A DNA stretch of 50,630 nt, counting the filler, from Sphacelaria rigidula (Eukaryota): assembly GCA_964200075.2 (NCBI GenBank). It is 3 parts of 3 records of this genome, joined end to end, with 100 filler letters (N's around TTAATTAATTAA, not from the genome) between each part and the next. Parts side by side here need not be neighbours in the genome. Positions count along the whole stretch, not along the records: positions 1 to 16,812 come from CAXNAA020001249.1; positions 16,913 to 33,723 come from CAXNAA020001250.1; 1 more part is not named here. One strand, written 5' to 3'. A program made the position numbers and the translations under genes. Below, piece by piece: positions 13,082-24,370 of the stretch. The notes beneath the pieces were generated by a model. That model was not told the DNA's origin. It saw only the letters and a program-made list of their open reading frames with translations, and did no database searches. Position 1 is the stretch's first letter. The number at the start of each line of letters is the position of its first letter.

Positions 13082-13370
13082 CGTTTTCGTGAAATTGAGA
13101 GTTGAAAGTATGGTTGAGAGTGAAGAGCGGTCAATTAGTGAATAAGCTGTTTCAGTTCCGAAATGCACCTCCACCAGGCCAATATTCTCTTTGTAGTAGC
13201 TTGCCACTGAGGCCCTCGATACCCCTGAGTAGGATATCAACGTGTAGCTGTAAGCACATGGCAGTGATGAGACGAAGAAAAGCACACACGGAATGAAAAG
13301 TTGGCCAAGTTGAAGCGAAAGATCTAAGCCACTCTCAATCCGCACCCTAGTCTCTATCTCACGAAAACCT
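13082..13370. mobile_element. MITE family D, copy 1 (others at about 20243-20540, inverted, and 25624-25915)
   Basis: TIR-like TTTTCGTGAGATTGAGAG / CTCTCAATCTCACGAAAAC with a colinear ~290-nt body in three copies. Confidence 0.7.
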
Positions 13371-14457
13371 TGTTTAATGGCGTTCACCACTACAACAGTA
13401 CACATGCCCCCGAAGAAAACACTAACGGAACACGTGCACAGGAATCGTCCTTGGGAGTACTTCAAACTACTCAATTAACCCGAACATTTGTTGCCTGCGC
13501 TGAGCCATGGAACGGGTGATATTTGCAAGATGCCGTGCACTCTTTGCAAATGGGTATTTTCTACCCTCGTGTTACCATGTCGTGCCGTCAGAGATATTTT
13601 ATGTTGAAATGACGACCTATCAGATCGGAGTTTTTCTTTTCCACCACACTTTGTCGATCGAGAAATAATGTACTGGGACACGGCTTTATCTAGAAAAAAA
13701 AACGAAGCGAGCTGAAAGAAGCGCGTTGATCAGTTTCTACGATACCCCCTCCCCCCCCCGTCCCTGAGCAAAAGGGGGGTGGAGCATTTTTTGAGGCAGC
13801 CGGGCTTTTCTGCATGAACGAATTCCAACTTTTTCGGGCTATTCGACAAGACTTTTTGTGCTGTTCGCCATGAAGGGCAACATGACCCGGCGGCGCAATG
13901 GACCTTGCCGCGCCTGTCACAGAGCCCGGACCCGAGGCGCAAGCTTACATCAACTTCTGATCTCAGTCCCAAGAGACATGATTAATAGCTCAAGTCGTAG
14001 ATATCGATCAACTGAGTACGGTGTTTTAAAATGGGGGACACTCGGCTTACAATTGGACAAGATAATAAGATTTCTGTACAGCGGGCGCCATGTAACACAC
14101 CCACAAACGGCCAACGATCCACCGTGAGCAACTTCAGTTGCACAAACACGGCCGCCCTTCTTGCAAAACCAAATGGATTGCCGTGAAACAGTAACAACGC
14201 GTGTGGATGAGCAAGCGCTGGCGCTTGAAATGATACGCTTGAGCTGTGGGTATCTGTCTGTGTTTGTTTGGGCTGTGTTGTGTAGGCGTAATGCGCCTCA
14301 GTCACGTGTTTGAGTCACGCCCGTTGAGATTTTCCCGACCTGGGTCCGACTGGCGTCCAGCGCCGAAAGAAACGTCTGCTTTACAAGAAAGTTCGTCTTG
14401 TGTTTCTTCGTTGGGACCCACACTGGTCATAGTGGGCGGATGGGGTTCCTCTCTCGC

Positions 14458-14579
14458 TTTTTGTTTTCTGTTTTTTGTTTTTTTGTCTCGATAAGACACG
14501 ACCTTGCTGGTCTACTGATACCCAGTTCCACGGGGTTTTTCATCCGGTGCAGCGGTTGTCCACAGGGGAGTGGTCGCGC
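14458..14579 (-). mobile_element. Probable retroposon 3' end with A-rich tail
   Basis: On the minus strand a short segment ends in GAGACAAAAAAACAAAAAACAGAAAACAAAAA; single copy in the window. Confidence 0.3.
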
Positions 14580-14604
14580 TACGTTTTTATCCCATTGGCG
14601 TCAA

Positions 14605-15236
14605 CCCTTTGGAAACCCCACACCCAGGAAGTGTGGAATTTTTGTTTTGTGAATCGGCATCATTTTCAGTCATTTTCACGGTTGGGACCACTCAAATCGT
14701 GGTTCAACTCATTTTCATCATTCCAACGAATGAATCATACGATTCGCACATGATCAGGAATTTATGCAGGTTTGGAGCACGTGAGTAGTGCAGTATTCCG
14801 TCAATGGATCTGTTTCCTACCATAATACGGGGTAGATCATGGGCACATACGCATCCCCGGTTAATAAATGCGGAATAAATCGATTGTACATGCCACTCAC
14901 ACTTACCATAAGGCGTGAATGGCATCTACATCTATGCCATGCGTATGACTCGTGCGGGACGAAGAGTCGGCACACCGTCGTATCCACTCATCTCATAGGC
15001 CTTACATCAGGCGTACTTTTCCCAATCTGTATGCGGTTGAGATGACTGCACTGCATATGCTTTCACCGTCGGGTGCATGCGGGACCAACAACTTATATAG
15101 GTTGAATCCTGTCATTTCATGAGGAGTCAACTCGTATGAACTCTGATTTGACCTAACCGTGGTCATTTTCAAGTCAAAATGATGCCGAGTTACGAAGATT
15201 CACAAAACAAAAATCAGCACCGCAGTTCCCAAAGGG
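14605..15236. mobile_element. piggyBac-like MITE (~630 bp)
   Basis: TCAA|CCCTTTGGAAAC ... GTTCCCAAAGGG|TTAA; subterminal TTTTGTTTTGTGAATCGGCATCATTTT is mirrored at the right end. Confidence 0.65.
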
Positions 15237-15935
15237 TTAACCGGCAGTTGTTTTACCCGGTAGTTCGTCTAGCGAAACTGGTAGTGGAGACAGACCGTAC
15301 TTTATCGGAACAAAAATAAGTATATTGCATTCCAAAATCACATGGCACCGTCGTTAAATCGCAGCGATGCCACCCTTCCGCGAAAACCTCGATCACGTTT
15401 GAACGTCCATTTTGGTATGGGAATGTGAGTGTAAAAGTGTTTTTATCCTTTCGACATGATCATTTTACTGCATGTTTTGGTGACCGCGAAGCAACGCATT
15501 TCAAGATCCGAGACACACAGATGCAACAGCGAGGCATGCGTGCATATCTGAGGCTCAGTGCCCACGGCAGAACGAAAGGTTGCTAGAGCGGTGGTTTGTG
15601 GTCACTTGAGTACAGTACGCTTCGTTCGGGTGAGCTCCGGTTACATGCCGTACAACTGGTGGCTATAGTTATCGGCGGTAACCTTATTGAGATGTTTTTT
15701 TTGCTGCCGTTACTTCTGCAGACTTGCCACTCGAGAATTTTCACAGGTCAACCTTTCCGGAAACTTTTGGCCGCGGATTGCCTGCAGGCAAAGTAGTCGT
15801 GCGAAACTCTCAGACGGAAATTGCTCACCTTGAACTATTAATAGTTGTGCGGAACATTTGACCGAAATTTGTATGTAGGCAAATCGTTGAACAGTCCCCT
15901 CATCTAATAACAGTCTGTGATAAACAACTAGTAAA

Positions 15936-16032
15936 CCCTGGACAGCGAGAGTAGGTCATCTGTTGAATCGGCATCAATTTCACTCGAAAAAAGTATACAT
16001 GATCCATAAAGACCAACCTCGCGGTCTACGGG
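15936..16032. mobile_element. ~100-bp piggyBac-like MITE family E
   Basis: TAAA|CCC...GGG|TTAA; same body as 17522-17616, 29999-30098 and the 31.07-32.24 kb cluster. Confidence 0.7.
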
Positions 16033-16812
16033 TTAAACAGGATTCTGATCCCATTTTTGTCTGTAAGCAACCGATTACGTATCAGCTTCATCTGATAGTT
16101 TTCAGAAACGTGTCGTGTGACATTGTTTTCTGGCAACCGCAGAATCAGTTGTTGCTTTTGTACAGGCTGCGTTTTATTCACCACATGTTCAATGATCCAA
16201 AACTGCCGGGGAGAACTTCGATGTCAATTTTAGACGAATTGAAACGAAATGGAGGAAATCTCAGACATGCCCGTGCTGGAAATGATCCGTCTGCCGCATC
16301 TTGAATTTTCATAACACACGCTGCGTTCAGTCGCTTCGTCCTGAACGGAGCAAGGGCATTTGCCAGCCTAGAAAGACGTGACGTGACGTGCGAGGTAAGT
16401 GAGTGCCTTGCCGTCTTGTCTGGACGCGGTGTGCTCCATTCGACGGAAAGCCATCCAGTGTTGAGGGATTATAACAACGTTCTGCATCGTAGAGACCAGG
16501 GCTTACTGAATCGACGGTTCTGTAGGCAATACCGTGCGCTCTTGTGGCTCCCTAGCTGATGATTTTAGGTCAGGTGGGTCCCGAAAAATTAGCATCATTG
16601 ACAGGGTGGCAAAACAACAACACATTCCAAGCAGCACAGTAGTGTAGATACCCTTCACCTCAGTTGGGCGTTGGTCTGTCTACTCGAGCACCCCACGCTA
16701 TCCTCGCTTGCTGTATCTTGCCGTTTGTCCACCTTAGCCGGAATCCGGTATCGAGGGTACCCACTCCGTGAGTTATTCAGCATGTAGAGGCTACCCGAGG
16801 TATCGATTGTCG

Positions 16813-16912
16813 NNNNNNNNNNNNNNNNNNNNNNNNNNNNNNNNNNNNNNNNNNNNTTAATTAATTAANNNNNNNNNNNNNNNNNNNNNNNNNNNNNNNN
16901 NNNNNNNNNNNN
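16813..16912. other. Assembly gap with artificial TTAATTAATTAA linker
   Basis: N44-TTAATTAATTAA-N44; the linker gives stop codons in all six frames. Confidence 0.97.
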
Positions 16913-17521
16913 GGGATGATCGGAAGAGTTTGAATGCACAAACGATTAGAAGCCCATAACGGACTTCACTTATGGGACAGAGGAAGTATGGTTTAATTTT
17001 TACAGCTTTCACGGAAATCTATTAGCCCGAGGCGTGTGTTTCAGACCCATATTAACATGTGCCCAAGTGCAGCACGGGTCTCCGTGTATAGAAAACACAA
17101 AGGCGTGCCGATTGTGTTTGTAAGGAGGTCAGGAACACAAGTGCTAATTTTGGCTGTGTGCATAAGTCGAGCACACTTGACCCGTCGCGTCCCCTCATCT
17201 GGCAAAATTAATCCGACCGCACTGGGGTGACATTTTTGGCGCGCGCACGACGTATGCTAGTAGATTCTTCTGTAGCCTTCCGCCGTGAAAATGGCTGCCG
17301 TCGGTCTTTTCTCTTCCCGTATTTTCTTTGTTGTCAGGGCTCGAAAAAATAATCGCCTGGCCCGGAGACAGAATGAGAGGGTTCCTGAAGGTTTAAACCC
17401 GAACATGGTGCTTTCGCGCATACCCTTTGAGGGAATGGAAGACGAGAAGCTCCCAAGAATAGTTTCAGGGAGGTCGAGGGGCATGATATCGCCCACACAA
17501 GGATCATTTGTCACGACTCAA

Positions 17522-17616
17522 CCCTTGGACAGCGAGAACAGTAATCTGTTGAATCAGCATTTAATTACCTTGAAAATTATGCATGATCCGGATGGACTAC
17601 CATGCCGGTCTAAGGG
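17522..17616. mobile_element. ~100-bp piggyBac-like MITE family E
   Basis: TCAA|CCCTTGGACAGCGAG...GGTCTAAGGG|TTAA. Confidence 0.7.
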
Positions 17617-17990
17617 TTAAGCTAAGGGAATGCACCGTTTTGGATTCGAACCTCACTTTAATGTTGAATTGTTTTCTCGAGTAGAATCTTCCGAATGACC
17701 CACCAAGTGATACTCTATACCCATGTGTTACTGGGATAATAGTACTCCACCCAATGTTTTGGGTGGAGTGTGGAGATAATACCCAAGTTGCCCCATACAG
17801 GCTGGTTCAGGGTGAACCGCCAAAATTGACTCCCCAATGATTTTTCACGCGGAGTTTTGAAGCTTCAGTACCACGTTTTGGGGGTATAGCTCGATCGAAC
17901 ACAAACCGTTTTCCACCTGTCTGTTTGCGTTAGATTCCCTAGCTGACTGCGATGAATAAGACCAATGCTTGTGGGTTTCGTAAACGAATT

Positions 17991-18391
17991 CTGTTGAAGA
18001 CTGTCCTTTGAGCCCTTCTCCGTCGTTTTACGCTCGAAAAGTGAGCAAGGCGGATATTGACACATGGGAATGTCTTCCTCTGCTCGTTGAGGTCATTTCA
18101 GAGCAACCTTGCGTTCCCCGCTGGCTGCAGTTATATTTTCGGCCAACCTTGCAATTTTCGATAACAAGCGGTCGAGTGATCGAACTCTTGCCAGTCTTTC
18201 GATCACTCGGCCGTTTGTTATCGAAAATTGCAAGTTTGATAAAAAATGAAACTGCTGCCAGTGGGAAACTCGAAGTTGCCCTGAAACGGTCTCAACGAGT
18301 AGAGCAAGTCATCCCAAGGTGTCAACATCCGCCTAAGCCCTCTTTTCGGGCGTAAAACGACGGAGAAGGGCTCAGCAGGCAGTTTTCAACA
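17991..18391. repeat. ~400-bp foldback palindrome, probably the core of a larger TIR element (about 17679-18868)
   Basis: Arms such as TGAGCCCTTCTCCGTCGTTTTACGC / GCGTAAAACGACGGAGAAGGGCTCA; centre near 18190; outer inverted match ATACAGGCTGGTTC (about 17795) / GAACGAGCCTGTAT (about 18702). Confidence 0.8.
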
Positions 18392-19115
18392 GGAATGTTT
18401 TGCCAAACCTATGAAAAATTGCTCAAGGTTTGATTCATCTTGAGGTTGTGTACAATTTGTGTCGCGATTCGTGTTATCAAGTTTCAGAACAATTTCAAGA
18501 CGCCTGGTTGGCCAAGCGATATGTTCACAACCTGCGCCCTAGTAAGGTACGCGAGGAAATATCTGGCCATGTCACACTGTTTGCTTGCTCGTGAGGAACA
18601 CCATGTTGTCAAATATGTTTCTATCGGGTCAGTTTTGCGTTCTATATCTTGTGAGGATACGGTCTGTATCTAGCGAGGATACAATTTTGGATATTCCCTT
18701 CGAACGAGCCTGTATATGAATGGGCAGAGTATTGGGATCACACCAAACTTTAACCCAAATTTGGGTATAGTATTGAGTTTATACGGAAGTGATCCTCTAT
18801 ACTCGGGTGTCACCGAGAGTACTCACTGAATCTTGGGTAGGGTACTGAGATCATATTCAACTCTACTCACTATTGCACACTCTGGACAACGGAGGCAATA
18901 AAAACCCATTGCTCCAATAGTAGACGCGGGGGGAAAACCTATCGATATAAACTGTCGAACACAATAGATGGACGATAAAACACAGATATTATTATGTATT
19001 GCGAGGGACAACAGATGTTGCAAGTGTCGATCAATAATCTGTGGGAATCACAAGAGATGAAGATCACTGGCCATCGAAGGACATCGGGTACCGCAGTAGA
19101 TTCTGGAATATTTTA

Positions 19116-19345
19116 ATCGATAGCCATGGCAGTAATCAATTGATTTGGTGAACCATCTATAGATAGCCATTGCCGTCATGAATAGCTTTAGTGAGCTGTC
19201 GATCGATAGCCTTTGCTGTCATGAACAGATTTGGTGAACAATATATCGATAGCCTTTGCCGCCGACAATTGGTTTGGGAGTATCTATCAATAGCCATTGT
19301 CGTCAACAATGGACTGTTATGGGAAGCATATATCGACAGCCAATG
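19116..19345. repeat. ~43-bp degenerate minisatellite (6 units)
   Basis: ATCGATAGCC-like core at 19116, 19159, 19202, 19245, 19286 and 19332. Confidence 0.75.
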
Positions 19346-19656
19346 ATGCCAACAGAAGGTTTTGGTAAATATGTTGCTCACTGCAGTGATCTTCCGGCAT
19401 TAGCGGCAATGATCCTCATATATGAAAACGCCACTATTTGAGGCAATAGCTGACCATAGCTTGTGTGGAATAAGGTGGAATCATCTACTGACAAATGTGC
19501 GTAAACTATCATAGCTAGTGATCAACGCCATTCTGCTCCCATTGTTACCAGCAACATATATGTGTTGGTGGCCGCGATTCAGATCGCATTGTGAGCAGCG
19601 ATAGAAATTAGTGGCTGCGATTCAGATCCTATTGTGACTACAATAGCAATAGACAC

Positions 19657-20017
19657 TGTGCTGTATGTTGTCATCCCACTATTCTGGATACTAGTCTACA
19701 TCTTTCGGTATGTGTGGGCACATCAGCCGGGGTCACACAGGAAGCCCAACACAGGACTTTTGTTTTCTTTTACTACTTTGTTTCATCTTCCTTCTGCGAT
19801 GCTCGCCTTATTTTTTCTCGCGCGAGGAGTTCAGCGGTCCCTTTCTTTCCCTCGTCGACCATGAAGTCGAATGTCGTGTACTCACGACATGTCGCTCTCC
19901 ACTGTCGGGCATGGTGTGAAAAAAATCCCAGATCGTTCGACTGCACCAAAATTTAAATCCACGACCCAACCTTCAGAGGGTTTCGAGGCTACCGATTGAG
20001 CCACCGGAACGACCGGC
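19657..20017 (-). mobile_element. tRNA-derived SINE, full-length diverged copy
   Basis: Minus strand: GCCGGTCGTTCCGGTGGCTCAATCGG (A box), degenerate B box, shared body and CA-rich tail. Confidence 0.8.
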
Positions 20018-20242
20018 TACAAAAACCTTGCTGGGCGCAATTTAGATCCTGTTGAGACCAGCAAAATGTATTTGTGGTCGCATTACAGATCCTACTGTGA
20101 TTAGCAACAGACATTGGTCGCCGCATTCAGAACCTATCGCAACAAATAGCATTTGTCGATAGACACGTTGGCCACCCCAAATGTCACGACAATGATACAT
20201 TCCATCCCTTGTCCCGAATCCATCGTTGCCTACAATCCATTT

Positions 20243-20540
20243 TTTCTGCGGGAGATTGAGAGGATAGCGTTGATTGAGAGTGGACTTTATCATTAGCTTC
20301 AAGTTGACGATTTTTTCATTTTGTGTGTGGCTTTCTTTGCCAGTAACAATGGCGTGTGCTTACGGCTACACGTCGATATCCTACTCAGGAATGTCAAGGG
20401 CTTCAGTGGCAAGCTAACACACAGAAGAAATCATATTAGGCCTCGTGGAAGGGCATTTCGGCACTGAAACTGTTCAATCCTTGATTGACCGATGCTCACT
20501 CTCAATCGTATCCTCTCCTCTCAATCTCATGAAAACATTT
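20243..20540. mobile_element. MITE family D, copy 2 (inverted)
   Basis: Reverse-complement match to 13082-13370 and 25624-25915. Confidence 0.65.
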
Positions 20541-20937
20541 TCAGTAGCTATTTATAGAAAGTGGCGCCAATTCATCGCGGCTGACAATGGACACTGACGG
20601 TCAAATTGTCGGGGTTATTACAGCGTCAATGATCTATTGCACAGTCTTTTGTCCAGGGTATCGGCGCATCGTACCCAGACACAAAATGACTCAGAGCGCT
20701 TACATCCATCAGAGGGAGAATCTGAGTACGAACTCCACACCAACAAAACTCGTAAACGTTTGTCCACACACGTTGAGGATTCCCGCAACATACGACGGTT
20801 CCGGATTAAGATAATCGTGACGTCATATTCCCACTCCATGTTCACCTGCGGCCTCTCTACCGTACGACGATAGAGTATGATGTACTCTATACATACGAGC
20901 TGGACCAGCCTAGACGCGAATTTGTGATATGCAGATC

Positions 20938-21148
20938 CCACCTCACCTCAATTTTGAGAGTTGGGCTTTCACATTTGATACGGAGAAAAAATAGGGCATG
21001 GTAAACAAATGTCAACGAGGTGACCAGGAAAATGCCGTTAACTCACGAAAAAAAAAAACTCAATCTCCCGCTTGACAATTCCTTAGCATGCCGTATTCTT
21101 CCTTTGTACCAAATTTAAAGTCCAATTCTCAAAACTGAGGTGAGGCGG
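20938..21148. mobile_element. Short MITE with ~80-bp imperfect TIRs
   Basis: CCACCTCACCTCAATTTTGAGAGTTGGGCTTT... / ...AAAGTCCAATTCTCAAAACTGAGGTGAGGCGG. Confidence 0.65.
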
Positions 21149-21623
21149 CGCGATTGAGAAACCGGGCTGGGCGAGATTAGGAACAACATTTTCCAGGCTA
21201 TTTACCGGCCAAGGTTTGGTGCTTGTCTTTTAAATCTTTGTGTGGGACCTCGCCAGGCCGTGATCAACAAAAGTGGGAGAGGTTGATTTTTGCTTTTTAT
21301 ATTCCACTTGTTTAGGACCTTTTAGTGTAGTAAATACCATAGTCCCACGAGAACGTCAATACTCCCCCAAAAAATGAAAACCCCTTTTCTCTTTTCTTCG
21401 GCATACCATCGCGATTCTTCATGATAAGTTTCATATCTCAGCCATAAAAGTGTAGCTGAAAAACTGAGATGAGTTCCGAGAGCAAAGTCCATTTTCCCTC
21501 AAGACTTCCCTTAAAAAACAAGAACAAAAAATGAAAAATCGGGAAAAAACGGAAAATGCTGTTTTTTCTCGTGTACTGGCGGTTCTCCATACGAAATTTT
21601 GAAGCACAACTCTCAAAAACTGA

Positions 21624-22118
21624 GGCCGGATGTTATGGCACACAGATTTTTGGCCCACGGATTGTTCACTTTTGGGACGCTTGACCCACCTTTTGACCCC
21701 CAAACAAAAACCAAACGCCAATACACGTCTCGGACACTTTGCGACACCCCACAGAGAGGAGCCTAGTCTGCTTTTCAGATTCCCTTGGCTCCGAGGTCTC
21801 GAGATCGGCCGCTGAACAAAAATGCATGCGCAAAAATCTGTGCTGGCCGACCCCCGCCAGTTTGCTGAGACTTTTGCCCAAACTGGCGGGGGTCGGCAAG
21901 CACAGATTTTTGCGCACGAATTTTTGTTTAGCAGCCGATCACGAAACCTCAGAGCCAAGGGAATCTGAAAAGCAGACTAGGCTCCTCTCTGTGGGGTGAT
22001 GCAAAGTGTCCGAGACGTGTGTTGGTATTTTTCTTGGTTTGGGGGTCAACACGTGGGTCAAGCGTCCCAAAAGTGAACAATCTGTGGGCCAAAAATCTGT
22101 TTGTCATAACATCCGGCC
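21624..22118. mobile_element. Palindromic PIF/Harbinger(Tourist)-like MITE, copy 1
   Basis: TGA|GGCCGGATGTTATG ... CATAACATCCGGCC|TGA; almost the whole 495 bp is self-complementary; the empty site is visible in the paralogous repeat at about 22853-22872. Confidence 0.85.
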
Positions 22119-22759
22119 TGAGGCGCAATATCCACGTTTGGTGCGTTTAGTGCCTCTGCTCGAAATATATTGATTTTAGTGTGGAATATTATGTGTGCCA
22201 TATCTCGAGATAGACAACGAAATAGGCAAAGGTGAGGGTATCGATCGTCTCCCCGTGCTCCAGGGTTTGTCCACAGCAAAAATCGTCATTATCCGCTGCA
22301 TATAACGTTCGGGGTTCCATGTAGACTGTAGTATGGACGCTATCTCCGTACGGTATACGAGCTGGGCCAGTCTAGAAGTGGATTTGTAGTTTGCAGGTGA
22401 ACTCGCATTTTTATACTTGAAGCTAGGCAGTGGAATTTGGTACGGACAACCAACAGCGCATGAAAAAAATATGTGTGCGGGGTCCCAAAGTTTTTTGTGT
22501 TGGTGAATTAACGGCATTTTACAATGCGCTGTTTTTTTCGCTGGTTTAGGTCGTTTTAGTATGGTGACGGCCACTCTTTTGCGGGAACGCCCTAACCTCT
22601 CCCGCCCCCCGAAAAAAATTGAAAGCCCCCTTTTTTTATTCAGCATGCCTCTGTAGTTCTCCGTGCTGAGTTTCAAATCACAATTTTAAAAATTGAATAA
22701 AAAAAATGAGATAAGGCCCAAGAATAATGTTCATTTCTCGTCAACACTTCACTAAAAAA

Positions 22760-23100
22760 TCGAAAAAAAAAAGACAAGAAAGTAAAAGGCTGTTTTTTTA
22801 TTTCATTATGCAACAGCGGTCCTCCATACCAAATTTTATAGCACAACTATCGAAAACTGAGACGCGATATCCAGATTCAGGACACCAAGTGCCTCTGCTC
22901 GTTATGTATTCATTTTACTATAGTACATTATGTGCGCCATATCTCTAGATTGATTACGAAGTGGGTGAAGGTGAGGGTATCTGTCGTCTCCCCGTGCTCC
23001 AGGAAGGGTCCAAACCAAAAATCGTCATCATCCGCTGAATGTATCGTTCGGGGTTTCATATAGGTTCAAGCGTAGACGCTACCTTCGTACGGTATAGGAA
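22760..23100 (+). repeat. Diverged direct repeat of about 21540-22360 (without the MITE)
   Basis: Shared blocks CTCCATAC.AAATTTT.AGCACAACT, GTGCCTCTGCTCG, GGTGAGGGTATC..TCGTCTCCCCGTGCTCCAGG and AAAAATCGTCAT.ATCCGCTG. Confidence 0.75.
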
Positions 23101-23456
23101 TTACTAGACATGGGGTTTAATCAACGAGAGAAAATTGGCCCAGATTTTTGAGCAGATGGGCCCCTTCCCCTTGATTGGACGATTAATGCGATATGCGGAT
23201 CACGGCCCAACTCGTCTGTGTCGTAGAGATAATGCTTTGAGAGCTTCAATCCGCTTTTAGGCTGGCCCAGCTCGTAGTAATTACTAGATATGGGATTCAA
23301 TCAACGAGGGAAAAGCGGCCGAGATTTTTTAGTAGATGGGCGCCTTCCTCTTGAAGAGACTATGAATATGATGTGCAGACCACGGCCCAACTCGTCTGTG
23401 TCGATGAGATATTGCTTTGAGAGCTTGATTCCGCGTCTAGGCCAGCCAAGCTCGTG
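23101..23456 (+). repeat. 180-bp tandem duplication
   Basis: Units start TTACTAGA at 23101 and 23281; they share CACGGCCCAACTCGTCTGTGTCG and TGCTTTGAGAGCTT. Confidence 0.85.
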
Positions 23457-24254
23457 GCATATTGCGTTGTACATGTGGCAGTTGACGGACATGAAATATT
23501 TTGTCTATCCAGTCCGGCATGTACCTATCGATAGCCATGCATTGCCGCCATCGATAAATTATTTTATATGCAATCTATCTATTATCTGTAACCACTGCCG
23601 CCATCAGTATATACGGTGCACAAACTGTCAGTATGAGCTGGGTCACCTGACAGTGATTCTTGAATGTTTCCGCATCCGGCGGTGCTCAGTTTGAGGAGTT
23701 AGGCGCTGGAATTTTGACGCAACGTTTTCATCAACTCGCGCAGTAGTTCTTGGAATGCCAAGAGAGTAACAAGCAGATCGAGCGACTTGGAATTTCAACA
23801 AAAACCAAGGGTCTGTCGAGTGAAAAATTTCGGACACGGATCTCCGCCCTCTCCCTCCCGGAGGGCATTTTTTCGAACATTGTCATGATTTTTTACATTT
23901 TTTTGTTCTGTGATTTGATTTGTCCTTTGTTCTGTGATATTTTTCATTTTTTTGTTGGAATTGTTGAAAGAAATTGGTCAACAAACACTGCCAAAAACCG
24001 AAAAGTCTGGCGGGCTTTGCAAGGTTCGTATATTTGCTTCTGTTCCTTGCCCGCCCTGTCCCGATGACCTCGGATGCCGGCAACGCTCACACAAATCTGT
24101 GTACAATACACGAGCGCACGGTAGCGACAGCCTGTAGTCAAGGTAGCAACATTATATCACGCCTCGCCAAATCTGCCCGGACTATCAGTAGTGGTAAGTA
24201 GTCCAGGCATACGACACGGAACATGGACCCACAAATAAATGTAATCGTGGCAGG

Positions 24255-24370
24255 CGATGAGCTTGGAGGGGCGGTGTGTCCGTCATCTCAGCGGTCTTCA
24301 TGCCAAGAAATTCTGTACACGGCAGCTGACCGCATCCGTCAACGCCTCGGCAATAAACTTGGGGACAGCA
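24255..24370 (+). pseudogene. Possible frameshifted hAT transposase C-terminal (dimerisation domain) remnant
   Basis: Across frameshifts reads VISA/SSC/xRN-SVHG...GNKLG, resembling the hAT motif S-A-S-S-C-E-R-N-W-S...R-N-K/R-L. Confidence 0.3.

Noticed and set aside
16857-16868. TTAATTAATTAA as a biological motif or piggyBac site
   Set aside because: Centred in N runs and repeated identically at 33768-33779; an assembly linker.
19116-19345. Regularly spaced ATCGATAGCC units as a CRISPR-like array
   Set aside because: The intervening sequences are similar to one another, the repeats are degenerate, there are no cas genes, and the context is eukaryotic; it is a minisatellite.
19940-20017. tRNA gene
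   Set aside because: The A/B boxes belong to a SINE head, no complete cloverleaf is evident, and the sequence continues into a repeated body.
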